From the NCBI RefSeq assembly GCF_006345805.1, contig NC_042997.1:47554001-47618000 (forward strand): DNA of 64,000 nucleotides. Reading direction: 5' to 3'. The stretch comes from Octopus sinensis (lineage: Eukaryota). Positions 26,381 through 38,456 of this stretch are shown here, in pieces. The notes under the pieces were generated by a model that was not told where the DNA came from, did no database searches, and saw nothing but the letters and a program-made list of their open reading frames with translations. The position numbers and the translations under genes were made by a program. The first letter of the stretch is position 1; the number at the start of each line of letters is the position of its first letter.

Positions 26381-27074
26381 CTACCTTGGTTTTTAAAAAT
26401 CATAGTGAAGAACAGTAGGATGAACCTGGTATGATTTGAACTGGTAACTAACAAACGAAACTAACTATTTTGAGGCATTCGTATTGGTTAAGCTACTTTC
26501 TGCTATCCAATCAACCATTTAAAAATAATTAGAAGAAAAAAGTATAAAATTAGGATCATATATGAATTGCATATTCTCAAATGTTATTTATAAAGACAAG
26601 CTTTCATCAATATTTACATAATTTGTCAGATTTAATTATATTGATTACTACTATTTGGTTATTAAAATCATATAATCGCTTGTTTAAACAGAAATTTCCA
26701 TAAATTATCTATTCGTTACTATGTATTATTGTACGCAAACAAATTAATGAACTCACAAACATACAAATTATATATAAACAATTGAAGCATTGAATCATCT
26801 GACGATTGTTTAGCGATTTATGAAAAGAACCGAGTGTTTTCGATTAACATAAATAATGAAATGTTACATACTCTCGTATGAGGTCGATAGATGCTCCTAC
26901 CCCAGGGACGGAACATATTTTTCTATTTAGATATTCACGCATTGCACACATCAAACAAACAGTCTTGGAACGCATCTCTGGATAATAATAAAAAATGAAT
27001 TAATATTCCATTTACACACACACTTATCTATTATATACTTACTTATATGTATGTGTGTGCATATATATTCATTT

Positions 27075-27285
27075 ATTCTTTTATTCTTTTGCTTTTTTCA
27101 GTCATTTGACTGCGGCAATGCTAGAGTACCACAATTAGTCCAATAAATCGAACTCAAAACGTATTCTTTGTGAGCCTAGTACTTATTCTATCGGTCTCTT
27201 TTACCGAACCGCTAATTTACGGTGATGTAAACAAATTAACATCGTTTGTCAAACGATGGTGGGGGATAGGCACAGACACACAAAT
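27075..27285 (-). mobile_element. SINE family A, right part only
   Basis: TTTCAGTCATTTGACTGCGGCAATGCTAGAGTACC...TCTATCGGTCTCTTTTACCGAACCGCTAA is the reverse complement of the family A 3' half. Confidence 0.8.
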
Positions 27286-27739
27286 ACATACACACACATA
27301 CACACAGATATGTGTGTGTATGTGTGTGTGTGTGTGTGCACGCGTGCACCTGTCTTATTACAAGGATTTCTGGGTGTGTGTATTTTTGATTTTGGAGACG
27401 TTGAAGAGAAATGTAGATTTTTGCTCTACGGGGCTTGGTTTAGAAATAAATATACGTCACTGGGTTAATGCCTAGTCCCGGTTGTGGAGTAACAACGTGA
27501 CGGTCTATGCGTGTGTGTTCTGTGCGTGTGCGAAAGAAAAGGATTTATTGTTGCAATATGTGTGCATTGATAAGGATATACAGACATAGTTCCGTAAAGC
27601 ATAAATGTGCTTTCGTTGGTATTTATAACTGAGTTCATGTTATGAATTAGGTTATGCCTGTGAAATTTAACGTGTAAGTGGCGGAGCACTCCACAAACTC
27701 CGCATTCTTAGCGTTAATTCCCAGGGAGAAGAAGCGTGA

Positions 27740-27905
27740 CACAGATTATAACAAAGCTGGCCGTTTGACAATATCTTTGCCAGCTGAATTGACTGGAGCT
27801 TCGTGAAATATAAGTGTATTATTCAAGGACACAATGCGCCGCCAGGAATCGAAACTTACAACCTTAAGATTTTAGACAGAATACACTAACCATCTAACCA
27901 GCCGA
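27740..27905 (-). mobile_element. SINE family D-like, diverged 5' part
   Basis: CAAGGACACAATGCG...GGAATCGAAAC...CTAACCA corresponds to the reverse complement of a tRNA head plus core. Confidence 0.6.
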
Positions 27906-28079
27906 CTTTGGTGTGGATCGTTAGCTCCTACACGCAAATTTTCTCTCCTTGTTTCTTTTCTGAGTATCTTACTAATACAATTTTTTGTTTGTACTCCACC
28001 TGCCTTCGTCTTTTGTTTATTTTCGTAAACCTTCCCGATACATATATATATATATATAAATATCTATACACATATACGT

Positions 28080-28132
28080 AGTCACACACAAACACATACA
28101 TATATCCAAACATACACATATATATGTATATA

Positions 28133-28213
<81 letters not shown>

Positions 28214-28246
28214 TATATATATATATGCATAGTGAGATAGATAGAT

Positions 28247-28278
<32 letters not shown>

Positions 28279-28600
28279 AGGTACATATACGTACATAGTA
28301 TATAGCTTTGCGTGCAGGGATATGTATGTGTGGGCATTTTGACAAATGTATGCATTTATTGCAAACAAGAATACTTACTTCATATTGGAATGTATTTCAA
28401 AGCAAACGAATTATTATTCCTGTATGGAACACATTGGAAATCACATATGTGTGTGTGTGTGTGTGTGTGTGTATTTATGTATGTATGCATGTATGCATGT
28501 ATGTATGTATGTATGTATGTATGTATGTATGTATGTATGTATGTATGTATGTATGTATGTATGTATGTATGCATGTATGTGTGTATGCACTCACATACGC
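28080..28600. repeat. Compound (TA)/(GA)/(TG)/(ATGT) field
   Basis: Direct reading. Confidence 0.85.
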
Positions 28601-29028
28601 ACATACATTTGAATTGTGCTTGTATGTTCATAAAAGACTTTTCTTTTTCTGTAGCGCTAATTTTGGTATGAAATATCAAAACATTAATATGTTTATAAAA
28701 TAAACTATTGAAGTAACACTTCTATGGAATGATATTTATGTTACATAATATATGTTTTAATTTCATTTATTTAAAAGAAACAGTAACTAATACTATTCAT
28801 AGGAAATATTCCGCTTTATGGAAATTTTATTCATTCTAAACTTCTGAAGCATTGATTGTCGAATATATTTCCCATATTAAACGATGCTAAGGTATATATA
28901 TAATAGAATATACATGAATTAAAAGATGTGAAGCCTGCAGAAACATGAGCAAACGGCACCACATTGACCTCTTTGCGTCGGTACAATGTTAATTTGTTTC
29001 TGTTTTCTCATGTACGATGAGAACCAAA

Positions 29029-29377
29029 GGAGTATACATGCCAAAACATAGCATCAAGCAATTTAGACCAATATCACTGCTGGACGAGTGGAAAATATTT
29101 TGTGTTATGGCATCAAGGCCAACTAAGTAACTCACAGAGAATAAGTACATAGATTTATCAGTTCCGAAAGGATGTTTCTCTTCTGCCGCGGCGTCTGTAG
29201 AAGATGCCTCAGTTCTTTGGGAGGTAATTCAAAAAGTTGGAGCAGAAAAGAGATCTTCACGTAGCGTACTGTGACCTGGCAAATGCCAAAGTTCGGTCGT
29301 ACACAAGATGATTTGACTAGCTCTTAAGATGTATTATGTTCCGAAGAACATTCCGAGAAATATTGAAGACGTATTTT
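29029..29377 (+). mobile_element. HERO/NeSL-like (RLE-type) non-LTR RT fragment
   Basis: GVYMPKHSIKQFRPISLLDEWKIF...ENKYIDLSVPKG...LHVAYCDLANA..GSV.HKMI*LALKMYYVP matches the QFRxISLLNxEGKIF / NxYIDxSVQKG / DLANAYGSVPH pattern. About 3 frameshifts. Confidence 0.65.
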
Positions 29378-29387
29378 CGATCATTTA

Positions 29388-30407
29388 CTAATGATTCTGT
29401 AAACTACGAAACAAATGGCAGTCAGAAAGAGCAAGCTCGGGTGAATAAAGTGGATGAGGAATTTCTTCCCAGCCAAGGTCTTCGAGCTTCTGTGATATGA
29501 CCTTTGCAGTGTGGCGTCGCGCATTGTCCTGATGAAACATCGCTCCTTTTCGATTCACTAAAGTGGCTCTTTTTTCTTCAAAGCTTGCTTCAAACGCTCT
29601 AATTGCTGACAATAGACTTGAGCATTGATTTTTGCATTAGGTGGTAACAATTCAAAGTAAATTATTCCTTTGCAATCCCACCAGGTAGAGAGAAGAAACA
29701 TTATTCCATGAAGGTTCCTTCTCGGTTGTGGTTTTACCAAGCCACTGTTTACGACACTTTTCGTCACCTGTCACAAGTCTATCCAAAAAAGGGTGAAATG
29801 AGTTCGCGAGAATGGAGAGAAAAGCAGATGTCAACTCGGGATTTGCGGTTGCTTTCGGACAATTCATGAGGCACCCATTTTCTAAGTTTAGAAACCTTTC
29901 CAAGTTGTTGAAGATGACGATGAACAGTTGTATGGTTTGAACTAAGCTTTATTGCCAATTCTTCAACTCATACTGCAGGATTTTCTTCATGTAATGCCTC
30001 AAGGATCGTATCATCAAACTCAACTGGGCTCCTATTCGATCTTCATCTTCAAGACTAAAATCTCCACTTCTGAATTTTGCAAACCATCTTCTGCAAGTTC
30101 TTTCATTCAAGCATTCTTTCCCATAAACTGAGTGTATGTTTTGTGTTGCTTCGGCTGCAGAGTTTCCTTTTTTGTACTCATAAAGCATTACGTACCTCAA
30201 ATGCTCTTTGGATACTTCCATGTTAGAAAAGGTTTTAATCAAAGAAATTTTAATTATATTATTCTGTAAAATAATATTTAATTAATTTAAATGTACAAAA
30301 ATGCATGAAAATAATTTTTAATTCCATTAAACATTCTAAAATACTATTAAATTTCATTCAATTTTAAAAAAGGTAAAATCGGACAGAACTTATGCGATGA
30401 CCTGATA
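29388..30407 (-). pseudogene. Mariner transposase pseudogene with one intact terminus, 3'-truncated
   Basis: HTH region MEVSKEHLRYVMLYEYKKG...RRWFAKFRSGDFSLEDE, then LVTGDEK, WWDCKGIIYFELL, HQDNARRH and HPLYSPELALSDCHLFRSL. TIR-like end TATCAGGTCATCGCATAAGTTCTGTCCG with TA at 30406-30407. Confidence 0.95.
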
Positions 30408-30582
30408 ATTATATTTGTAACTATGCATTGAGTTCCTTTTCTTTCAGTATTGCTGATGTTCAGTTATATGCTTGTGTGTGTGCGTGTGTGTGTATGTATG
30501 CATTGAGTGTATGTGTATGAGTGTTTGTTCAAATACATGCGTCTGTTTCCCTCCGTGGTTGCGTATATGTGTACGCACACAT

Positions 30583-30652
<70 letters not shown>

Positions 30653-31706
30653 TAAATTTATGTAGCATTGTATTGAAAATTTGGCTTTAGTTTATTTAAT
30701 GAAATTAATCAGTTCTCACTTTAATTAAACTTAATTCGAACATTTCACTTCTTCACACGTATATAAGTGAAATCAGTTTTCTAAATCGTCTCTTTAATTA
30801 AGAAATACAACATTTCAGGTCTCTCTTGAATGAAGACAAGCGTAGTTTATATCTCGTCAATCACTGAATGTGATCCAGAGGGTTGCACACATAAGATCGA
30901 TATCATTCATATACAAGTGTACTACATATGCGTTATTTTTAGAGGTTGAGACTTACGATATTCATTATCTCTCAACGGATATGTTGGTTCATACGTTTAA
31001 ATCAGAATACATAAAAAATGCCTCTATTCCTTGCTGAACATACTAGGTCTTCCAAGAAGACTAACAGCCAGAAAATTATTCGTGCTAAACTTAAGTACTA
31101 TATTAAAAATAGGTATGTGATTATATTCATTCATACCCTGAATGAATTTAAGCTTTTCTGTACGATTACACAAACGAACCTGTAGCGGCATAGCAGCAGT
31201 TCAATGAGTGAAACGAGTTAAACTATGAAAGGTGAAGAGAAAATTAAAAGCAGCGTGTACTTTAACTGAAGTACATAGAGGAGGTGATAAGAATACTTCA
31301 ATGACTTTGACTTTGTACAAAGCAAAGCGCTAATACCGTTCTTCAGGACATTATATTCAGAATACTGGATTTAAAAATATTCCTGTGAACGCACGCCATA
31401 AACCTGAATGGAATATATTGATTTCTTGCATAGGCAAAACACCTAAGATTCAGAAGTGTAAAGAAATAATTATTTCCCGCGTTTATTTCCAAAGATAATT
31501 AGTGGCCTCAGTAAAAGGAAATATTTACAGCAACGTTCTCTAACAGAGCATTGTTAAGCGTTGGATTACTGAAACTTTCATCAGATGATATATGGTTATA
31601 GATATTTAATTACAATTAATACTCTTATAAATAAACAAGCATAACTCTTGCCTCTAAAAGTGTCATATTCGTTCATTTCAGAGAACAAGAGAGAATCATT
31701 ACATTA

Positions 31707-32178
31707 CGAGGTGGCATCAAAATGTTCCCGGACTAGTTATGTTTAATAAAAAATAAGTTGTTCACCTAGGTTTTAGCATCATTTCCTTCTACATACACGC
31801 CTTGCGCAGCCATACACCGGTTTCAACGTTCCAGTCGGTTTGGCAATCCAGCCTGGAAGTCTTTTTCCGCAAGCCTGTCCTGGACCTTCTGCGATTCGCT
31901 TTGGATCTCGACAACAGTGTTAAAACGGTGGCTTTTGAACTTCATTTTCATCTTGTGGAAGAGATGGAAGTCTGCAAGTTCTAAATCTGGCAAATAGGAC
32001 GGATTTGGAAACGATACCATGTTATTTTTGGCGAAAAACTCACGAGTGAAGCGAGCTTACTGACAGGATGCATTGTCATCGTGAAGAATTCAGTTCTTTG
32101 CGCTCCACAGATCTGGCCGCTTACGCCGAATGTCTTCTTTAATAGTTTCAAAATGTCAAACTTTTTGATACCACCCCG
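31707..32178 (-). mobile_element. Internally deleted mariner (472 bp) with both TIRs and TA target duplications
   Basis: TA|CGAGGTGGCATCAAAATGTT on the left and AACTTTTTGATACCACCCCG|TA on the right. Internal PSYLPDLELADFHLF (YSPDLAPxDF motif). Confidence 0.9.
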
Positions 32179-32679
32179 TATGCTTACATTGACAAAAAAA
32201 TACTGATTGTCTATAGAAAGTTATGGCTGCTGTGCAAAAAGAAAAAAAAGTAGCATTTCATCTCCTAATGTACCTAACATAAAAAATGGTTTATATTATC
32301 ATTTTACTTTATCACGCTACTCTCTAAATAGTATCGAAGCAGCAGTTCTTAAAATGAGTTATTTATCTGTAAATGACAGGTTGTTCGGGGTAAATTCGAC
32401 GACTTTCTATTTCCAGGAACAGGTTTATGCATTGGGGAACAGTCAACGACGAAAGCATAAACATGAAATTTGTTGCTCAGAGAAAGTTAGCTGACATGGA
32501 GTACTGGAAGCTATCTCGATATTGGAAAGGTGTTCCTGGTATCATGATAATTACTGGCGGATATCAAAAGGCTTGCATCATAAAGGGTGCTGCTCAAAAT
32601 CTTTGTAAGCCACGTAAAAGCATTAAAACGTCAGACGCACAGCTACAACAGAGACTATGAAGCTGTGACTAGCAACAAG

Positions 32680-33000
32680 GGTCATTAGATGTTGTGACTT
32701 CATCTGCACGGCGGAATTTATCCCCACATTTTTAAACAGGGCCTTAGCTTCAATTTTGCTGGAGACTGTGGTCAAGACCTGGCTGAAAAGGGTTGCTGCT
32801 TGAAGGCTCTATGTGTGATGGCAGGATTCTGTTCCTTGCCATACCTCTAGAAAGAATCAGAAGAGGTGGTCGGATAATTTTTGTGACGTCAGCAGCCCAA
32901 TTCCCGACCTAATTCCCCCAATTGTAATCTTATGGATTACTATATATCGGGCACAGTGGAAGTGCTCCACGATATTCCCAGCGGCTCAATGTGGAACATA
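32680..33000 (+). mobile_element. Degenerate Tc1-like (maT/DD37D-like) transposase remnant
   Basis: LETVVKTWLKRVAA*RLYV*WQDSVPCHTSRK...SDNFCD and, after a frameshift, PNSPNCNLMDYYISGTVE (cf. WPPNSPDxNPxDYxxWG). The catalytic spacing cannot be counted exactly. Confidence 0.65.
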
Positions 33001-33759
33001 TGCATCAGAGCCGCCTGGATTCTGCGTGTGCTACTTTGAATAAAATGTTATCTCTTAGCCACAATCTAGTTGGTATTTTTGATTTTTAAAAACATCTTTA
33101 TTTTTGGATTGGATATAGTGTTTACTTTTCCTTTTATGTAAACTGTCAAATTTAGCCCGAAAATATATTTATGAATGAATGAGTGAATGAATGAATGAAT
33201 GAATGAATGAACGAATAAACAAATGAATGGATGAATATACATATGTCAATATTTTATTGTTTCATATATGCAATAATGGAAGCGAATACGAAGATTTTAG
33301 GCGCAGTTTTGCTATTTTGCTGTCATTAACATTTGTAAATTTTACAACCGTCATTCACTATAAGTGGAAGGTAATTTTACTTCATTAGAGGAAGCCAGTG
33401 TCAGATTTCAGGTTTTTCAGTTAGCCAATACATACGATATCGTAGCGTGGGAGTATGATTTGCTGTATACAATAGTCTAATCTCCCTTGTTTCACATAAA
33501 ATATCGAAAATGAATTAATATTATACAATTCTAGACACCCACCAAGCATTGAAAGCTCACGGATTATTTAGAGCATAGAGCAGCTGAATTAAGATTAGTC
33601 TGCAGCTAAACAATACTAAGGACGAATATATTACTACATTTATGAGCATAAGAAAAAACCTACACACACACTAATATGTAAATGCAAATATGTGTGCGTG
33701 TGTATTCATGCAAGCGCGCACAAATGTATATATTTGTGTGTATGTGTGTAAACACCAGA

Positions 33760-34480
33760 GACAGAGTTGGTGCGTGACCTGGGGGTTCACATGAGCAATG
33801 ATGCAACATTCCATGTGCATATTACCAAGGTGACAACACTGTGCAGGCTAGCGACTGAGTGGATTCTGAGGACATTCAGATGGAGGACTTCTGTTCTCAG
33901 CCGCTTGGATTGCTGTTCCCAACTACGGTCCCCAGAGAGTGTGAAAAAACTTGTAGAACTCGAAGCAATCCAGCGCCAACACACAAAGAAGATTTTCTAT
34001 GGGCTACACGGAGAGGCTAGAGGAGTTGAGTCCCTATTCTTGAAGAGAAGACGAAAGAACTATGCGGTGATATATATTTGGATGATCTTGGAGGGATTGG
34101 CTCCCACTTTTGAATTTGACAGCTATACCAATCCTCGAACTGAACAGAACTACATCATGCCAAAATCTCGTCTCCGCCATCTAAAAATAAGGACACACTA
34201 CTGCATGGTCTGGGTTTCGAGGACCCGCAATTGTTCGACATCCTACCAGGCAATTTCAGGGATCTACGTGGTGTTGATGTGGATGTTTTCAAGGAACGTC
34301 TGGAAAGCTTTTCTATCTGAGATACCAGATGAACCCACATCCCGGCAGGAGACATAAAGAAGAGCGGCTCCACCCAACTCCCTACTTCACCCAAAACAAA
34401 AGCGGAAACAACACAGAGTAACTATAGGTAGTACACCAGCATGACTTCAGCCCTATAACCAATAAAAGATAAAAAAGATT
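33760..34480 (+). mobile_element. CR1-like LINE 3' fragment with terminal tail
   Basis: VRDLGVHMSND...WILRTF...VLSRLDCCSQL...LEAIQR...RRR..YAVIYIWMILEGLAP. Ends CCAGCATGACTTCAG...TAAAAGATAAAAAAGAT. Confidence 0.85.
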
Positions 34481-34559
34481 ACATATATATATATATATAT
34501 ATATATATAGGGATGGATGGATGGATGTATTATATGGTGGAGTCTCCCATCAACTGTGC

Positions 34560-34738
34560 CGAACGGCTTCCATCAAATCAACGTATCCTGAATAGGTAAA
34601 GAGTGCACCACATCTCAGGCGTCAAAGTGATCGTAGAGCGATGTGAGATGAAGTGTTTTGCTCAAGAACACAACCACACAGTCTAGAAATTCGAACTACG
34701 ACCTCCCGATCGTACGTGCAACACCCTAGCCACTAGCA
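34560..34738 (-). mobile_element. SINE family D-like, diverged
   Basis: GAAGTGTTTTGCTCAAGAACACAAC...TTCGAAC...CCTAGCCACTA is the reverse complement of the 24342 head and core. Confidence 0.65.
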
Positions 34739-35477
34739 TTCTCTCTCTCTTTCTCTCTCTCTCTCCCTCTCTCTCTTTCTCTCTCTCTCTCACACACATT
34801 TATACGTAAGTATTTAAGTATTATGTAGATAGGTAGGTAGACTTACTACTTGCAAATCGTTACTGGCTAATACTTAATATTGATACTTTTTAGAATAATA
34901 TCTCAAGTATTGAACTACAGTATCCTACAGGAAAGAATTTCATAGATCCTATGAGAAACTCATATATAACTGACCTTGGGGTTGCTAAGCAAAATATTCA
35001 AAATATTCAACACGCTTTTGTAATTGTCTCTGTTCTATATGATGTATACGATACTCTGAAGCATAGCAAGGTTTGCAAACGAAAATACATTACTGAACTA
35101 ATTTTTTTAAAATTCTCTATGGAAATTTTATTTATAGATTCTGTAAGATTAATTTTAGCAAGCTGGACTTTATGTCTCTCGGCGTCAAATTAGTATGCAG
35201 TATTTCATTAGATTTCATATACACATACAAAAGACGTTTTTAATTTAAAAAAATAAATAATAATAAGTGCTTGAATATAGAGTTGTTCTGAAGGCTCACT
35301 TGAAAAGAATTTGGCTGAGTTGCCGATGGTCAAACATTTTAGTTAGAGACTGGGTTTATCAATGTTATAAATGGTTTACGCTGAATTAATGTGTAATGTA
35401 TCAAATTGTTTTTCTCTGGGTTATGCATACACGAATGTACAATAATGGTCAGACACGTGCATATATCTATCAGTGTT

Positions 35478-35479
<2 letters not shown>

Positions 35480-35527
<48 letters not shown>

Positions 35528-35557
35528 TAGATAGATAGATAGATAGATAGATTGATT

Positions 35558-35605
<48 letters not shown>

Positions 35606-35650
35606 TAGAGAGAGAGATAGATAGATAGATAGATTGATAGATAGATAGAG

Positions 35651-35711
<61 letters not shown>

Positions 35712-35735
35712 TAGAGAGAGAGATATAGATATATA
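35480..35735. repeat. (TA)n-(GATA)n tract
   Basis: Direct reading. Confidence 0.95.
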
Positions 35736-35800
35736 AAAAATTCTTTGCGTAATAAGATAAAAAAACAAGGCGGTGTAGATATTAGAGCATTTATAGATAG

Positions 35801-35852
35801 GTCTTACAGCTGTTTCGAGGATATTTATTAACTATATCCCTTCATCGGAGAC
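35801..35852 (-). ncRNA. Minimal type-I hammerhead ribozyme motif (Penelope-type), U4C core variant
   Basis: Minus strand: GTCT-CCGATGA-AGGGATAT-agttaataa-ATATCCTC-GAAA-CAGCTG-TA-AGAC. Helix I is GTCT/AGAC, helix II is 7 bp plus an A-C pair, helix III is palindromic (ACAGCTGT) and the cleavage triplet is GUA. Confidence 0.65.
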
Positions 35853-35889
35853 GGTGTGAGAGGATGGTTAAGTCGTAGTTATATATATA

Positions 35890-36250
35890 TTCTTTATTCT
35901 TTATTCTTTTACTTGTTTCAGTCATTTGACTGCGGCCATGCTGGAGCACCGCCTTTAGTCGAGCAAATCGACCCCGGGACTTATTCTTTGTAAGCCCAGT
36001 ACTTATTCTATCCTTCTCTTTTGCCGAACTGCTAAGTGACGGGGACGTAAACACACCAGCATCGGTTGTCAAGCAAAGCTAGGGGGACAAACACAGACAT
36101 ACAATCACATACATATACATATATATACGACAGGGTTCTTTCAGTTTCCGTCTACCAAATCCACTCACAAGGCATTGGTCGGCCCGGGGCTATAGCAGAA
36201 AACACTTGCCCAAGATGCCACGCAGTGGGACTGAACCCGGAACCATGTGG
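35890..36250 (-). mobile_element. Composite SINE family A, 5'-truncated by about 35 nt
   Basis: Reverse complement of 61065-61480. Confidence 0.9.
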
Positions 36251-36667
36251 GTTCATATATATATATATATAATTTGAAGTATCTCATCTTATTGGCTTTG
36301 TTGTCTAGCATATATCATATTCTACAGGTCATGTATATGATACTAGCAGTGAATATTCCTGTCATAACTTACTGTCGTAGTGTCTCTATGCTCACATGAC
36401 TCAATATGCGCTTAATATATTTAATACATGTGATGTAGTATATAGTATATTTTTTCGGCTATCGCTAACTAGCCATACTACATTATACTGTTCGCTCTTT
36501 ACTTTCCAAATACGTGTCTATCTGTTCGCGGTTTTATGTAAGAAATATTATTTATGTTTATATATCACTCTTTGAATCAATAAATTTTATTCGAAATATT
36601 AGAGAGTTGGAAATCAGCGATACTAAAAAACGGGACAACATAATTGTAGTATCTTGCTTCTCTTTTT

Positions 36668-36800
36668 GTTCCCAGTTCGAATTCTACCGAGTTCGACTTT
36701 GGTAATTTGTAACCTCCGGAACGATAAAGTATGTCCCAATGAATTACTTGAGTTTAGATAATTGACTCTGCCAATAAAATCTGTTGACTTCTGCCTAATA
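36668..36800 (+). mobile_element. Old SINE family B remnant
   Basis: TTCGAATTCTACCGAGTTCGACTTTGG...CGATAAAGTATG. Confidence 0.5.
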
Positions 36801-37087
36801 TAGAAATCAATATTCGTTCTTTTCTATATGTCTTTCTTCTGTTTATACATTCAAGAACAATATATTCAATGAGGAAATAGACTTAATGTTCAATACATTA
36901 TCACGGGAAGTTTATTCTGACTATTCATTTTATTATTCGTCTCGTTAATGAACTAATGAATAAAGAAATGAAATCTCCATACACTTTCTTACATACGTGG
37001 AAAATTCAAATACATACACTCGCACACACACTTATATCAATACTTTTTTGTTATACCATATCATAAGCAAAAACATTTTCCCATTAT

Positions 37088-37127
37088 AGGTGCAGGAGTG
37101 GCTGTGTGGTAAGTAGCTTGCTTACTA
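37088..37127 (+). mobile_element. SINE family A head only (interrupted)
   Basis: GGTGCAGGAGTGGCTGTGTGGTAAGTAGCTTGCTTAC, then unrelated sequence. Confidence 0.8.
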
Positions 37128-37129
37128 CT

Positions 37130-37960
37130 ATGTTGTTTACGCGTTTTTTCTACGCTGAGAAAGTAACGTCGTTTGGCGTCTAAAAATTGAACATTTGAAG
37201 TACATCCACAGGTAAAGCATTTGTTTTTTGGGCCTCAGTGGGATCTGTTGTCCGTATTGTTTGTTATTTTTTCGAACAAGGGTCTCCATTGGATTCCAGA
37301 CATTTGTTTGCCACTGGTCGTACTAAAAGACTCAATTGTGTGTTTTCGGGAGAGCGTCCCTCCCTCCGAAAATTTATGATTTTATGTGACTGTGTGCACT
37401 TCGTGGATTTTACTATTTGGAGGAATTTTTTGCTGCCATTTTTGTGCTGCAAAGGATTACCAGAGTTGAATTTTGTTGTCATTTGAACTGTCGTCCTTCG
37501 TTCTTTTTCTTTTGTCTGTTTTTCTGTTCTTTTTTGTGTTCGCATTAGAGATTTTTACTTGAACATTTTTGATTTTGTTGTGAACTTTTATATTTTAGTT
37601 TATTTTATTAATGGCAACCAAATGTAAGAAAGCCTTGGAGTGGCGAATTGTGGCCCCCAAGGAGTGGCTAAAAAAACCATGACGAGAAAATGGTGGTCTT
37701 GCGGACCTATTGCAAGATCCGCGACACCATCTGTGTATTCTCTCAGAATGAAATTGAAGAAGAGTTGGCGGGGTTTGCGCCAACTTATAAGTTCATCCGA
37801 AGGGGTGTAAAGTTCGCAACGGTGTGCGTGCTTTCCGACACCCCTAGGGAGGCTCAGAAATTTGCGAGCCAACCTATAGATGGGAGGAAGGCTTTGTTTC
37901 TCCCTACTTATGGTGTGCGTAAATCGACAAGAGCCTGGGTGTGTGGGCTGCCGCCCGGTA
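37130..37960 (+). mobile_element. 5' portion of an L1/Tx1-like LINE (5' UTR and degenerate ORF1)
   Basis: T-rich leader, then ATG at 37611: MATKCKKALEWRIVAPKEWLKK...ENGGLADLLQDPR, shifting into VFSQNEIEEELAGFAPTYKFIRRGVKFATV...ALFLPTYGVRKSTRAWVCGLPPGID. This resembles LINE ORF1 proteins from recall; the clade assignment is tentative. Confidence 0.5.
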
Positions 37961-38456
37961 TAGACGAGGTTCCACTACGCATTTTGGCCGGCGTGCTAGC
38001 GTTTCTTATTTCTTTATTGGCCACAAGGGGCTAAACATAGAGGGGATAAACTAGGACAGTCAAAGGGATTAAGTCGATTACATCGACCCCACTGCGTAAC
38101 TGATACCTAATTTATCGGCTCCGAAAGGATGAAAGGCAAAGTCGACCTCGGCGGAATTTGAACTCAGAACATAATGGCAGACGAAATACCACTAAGCATT
38201 TTGCCCGGTGTGCTAACGTTTCTTATTTCTTTATTGTCCACAAGGGGCTACACACAGAAGGGACAAACAAGGACAGAGAAACGGATCAAGTCGATTATAT
38301 CGACCCCAGTGCGTAACTGGTACTTAATTTATCGACTCCGAAAGAATGAAAGGCAAAGTCGTCCTCGGCGGAATTTGAACTCAGAACGTAGCGGCAGACG
38401 AGGTACCGCTAAGCATTTCTCCCGGCGTGCTAACGTTTCTGCCAGCTCGCCACCTT
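37960..38456 (-). mobile_element. Head-to-tail tandem of SINE family B, long-tail variant (1 partial plus 2 units)
   Basis: Junctions GCTAGCG|TTTCTTATTTC at 38001 and GCTAACG|TTTCTTATTTC at 38218 (period 217). The complete head ends at about 38456. Confidence 0.9.
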
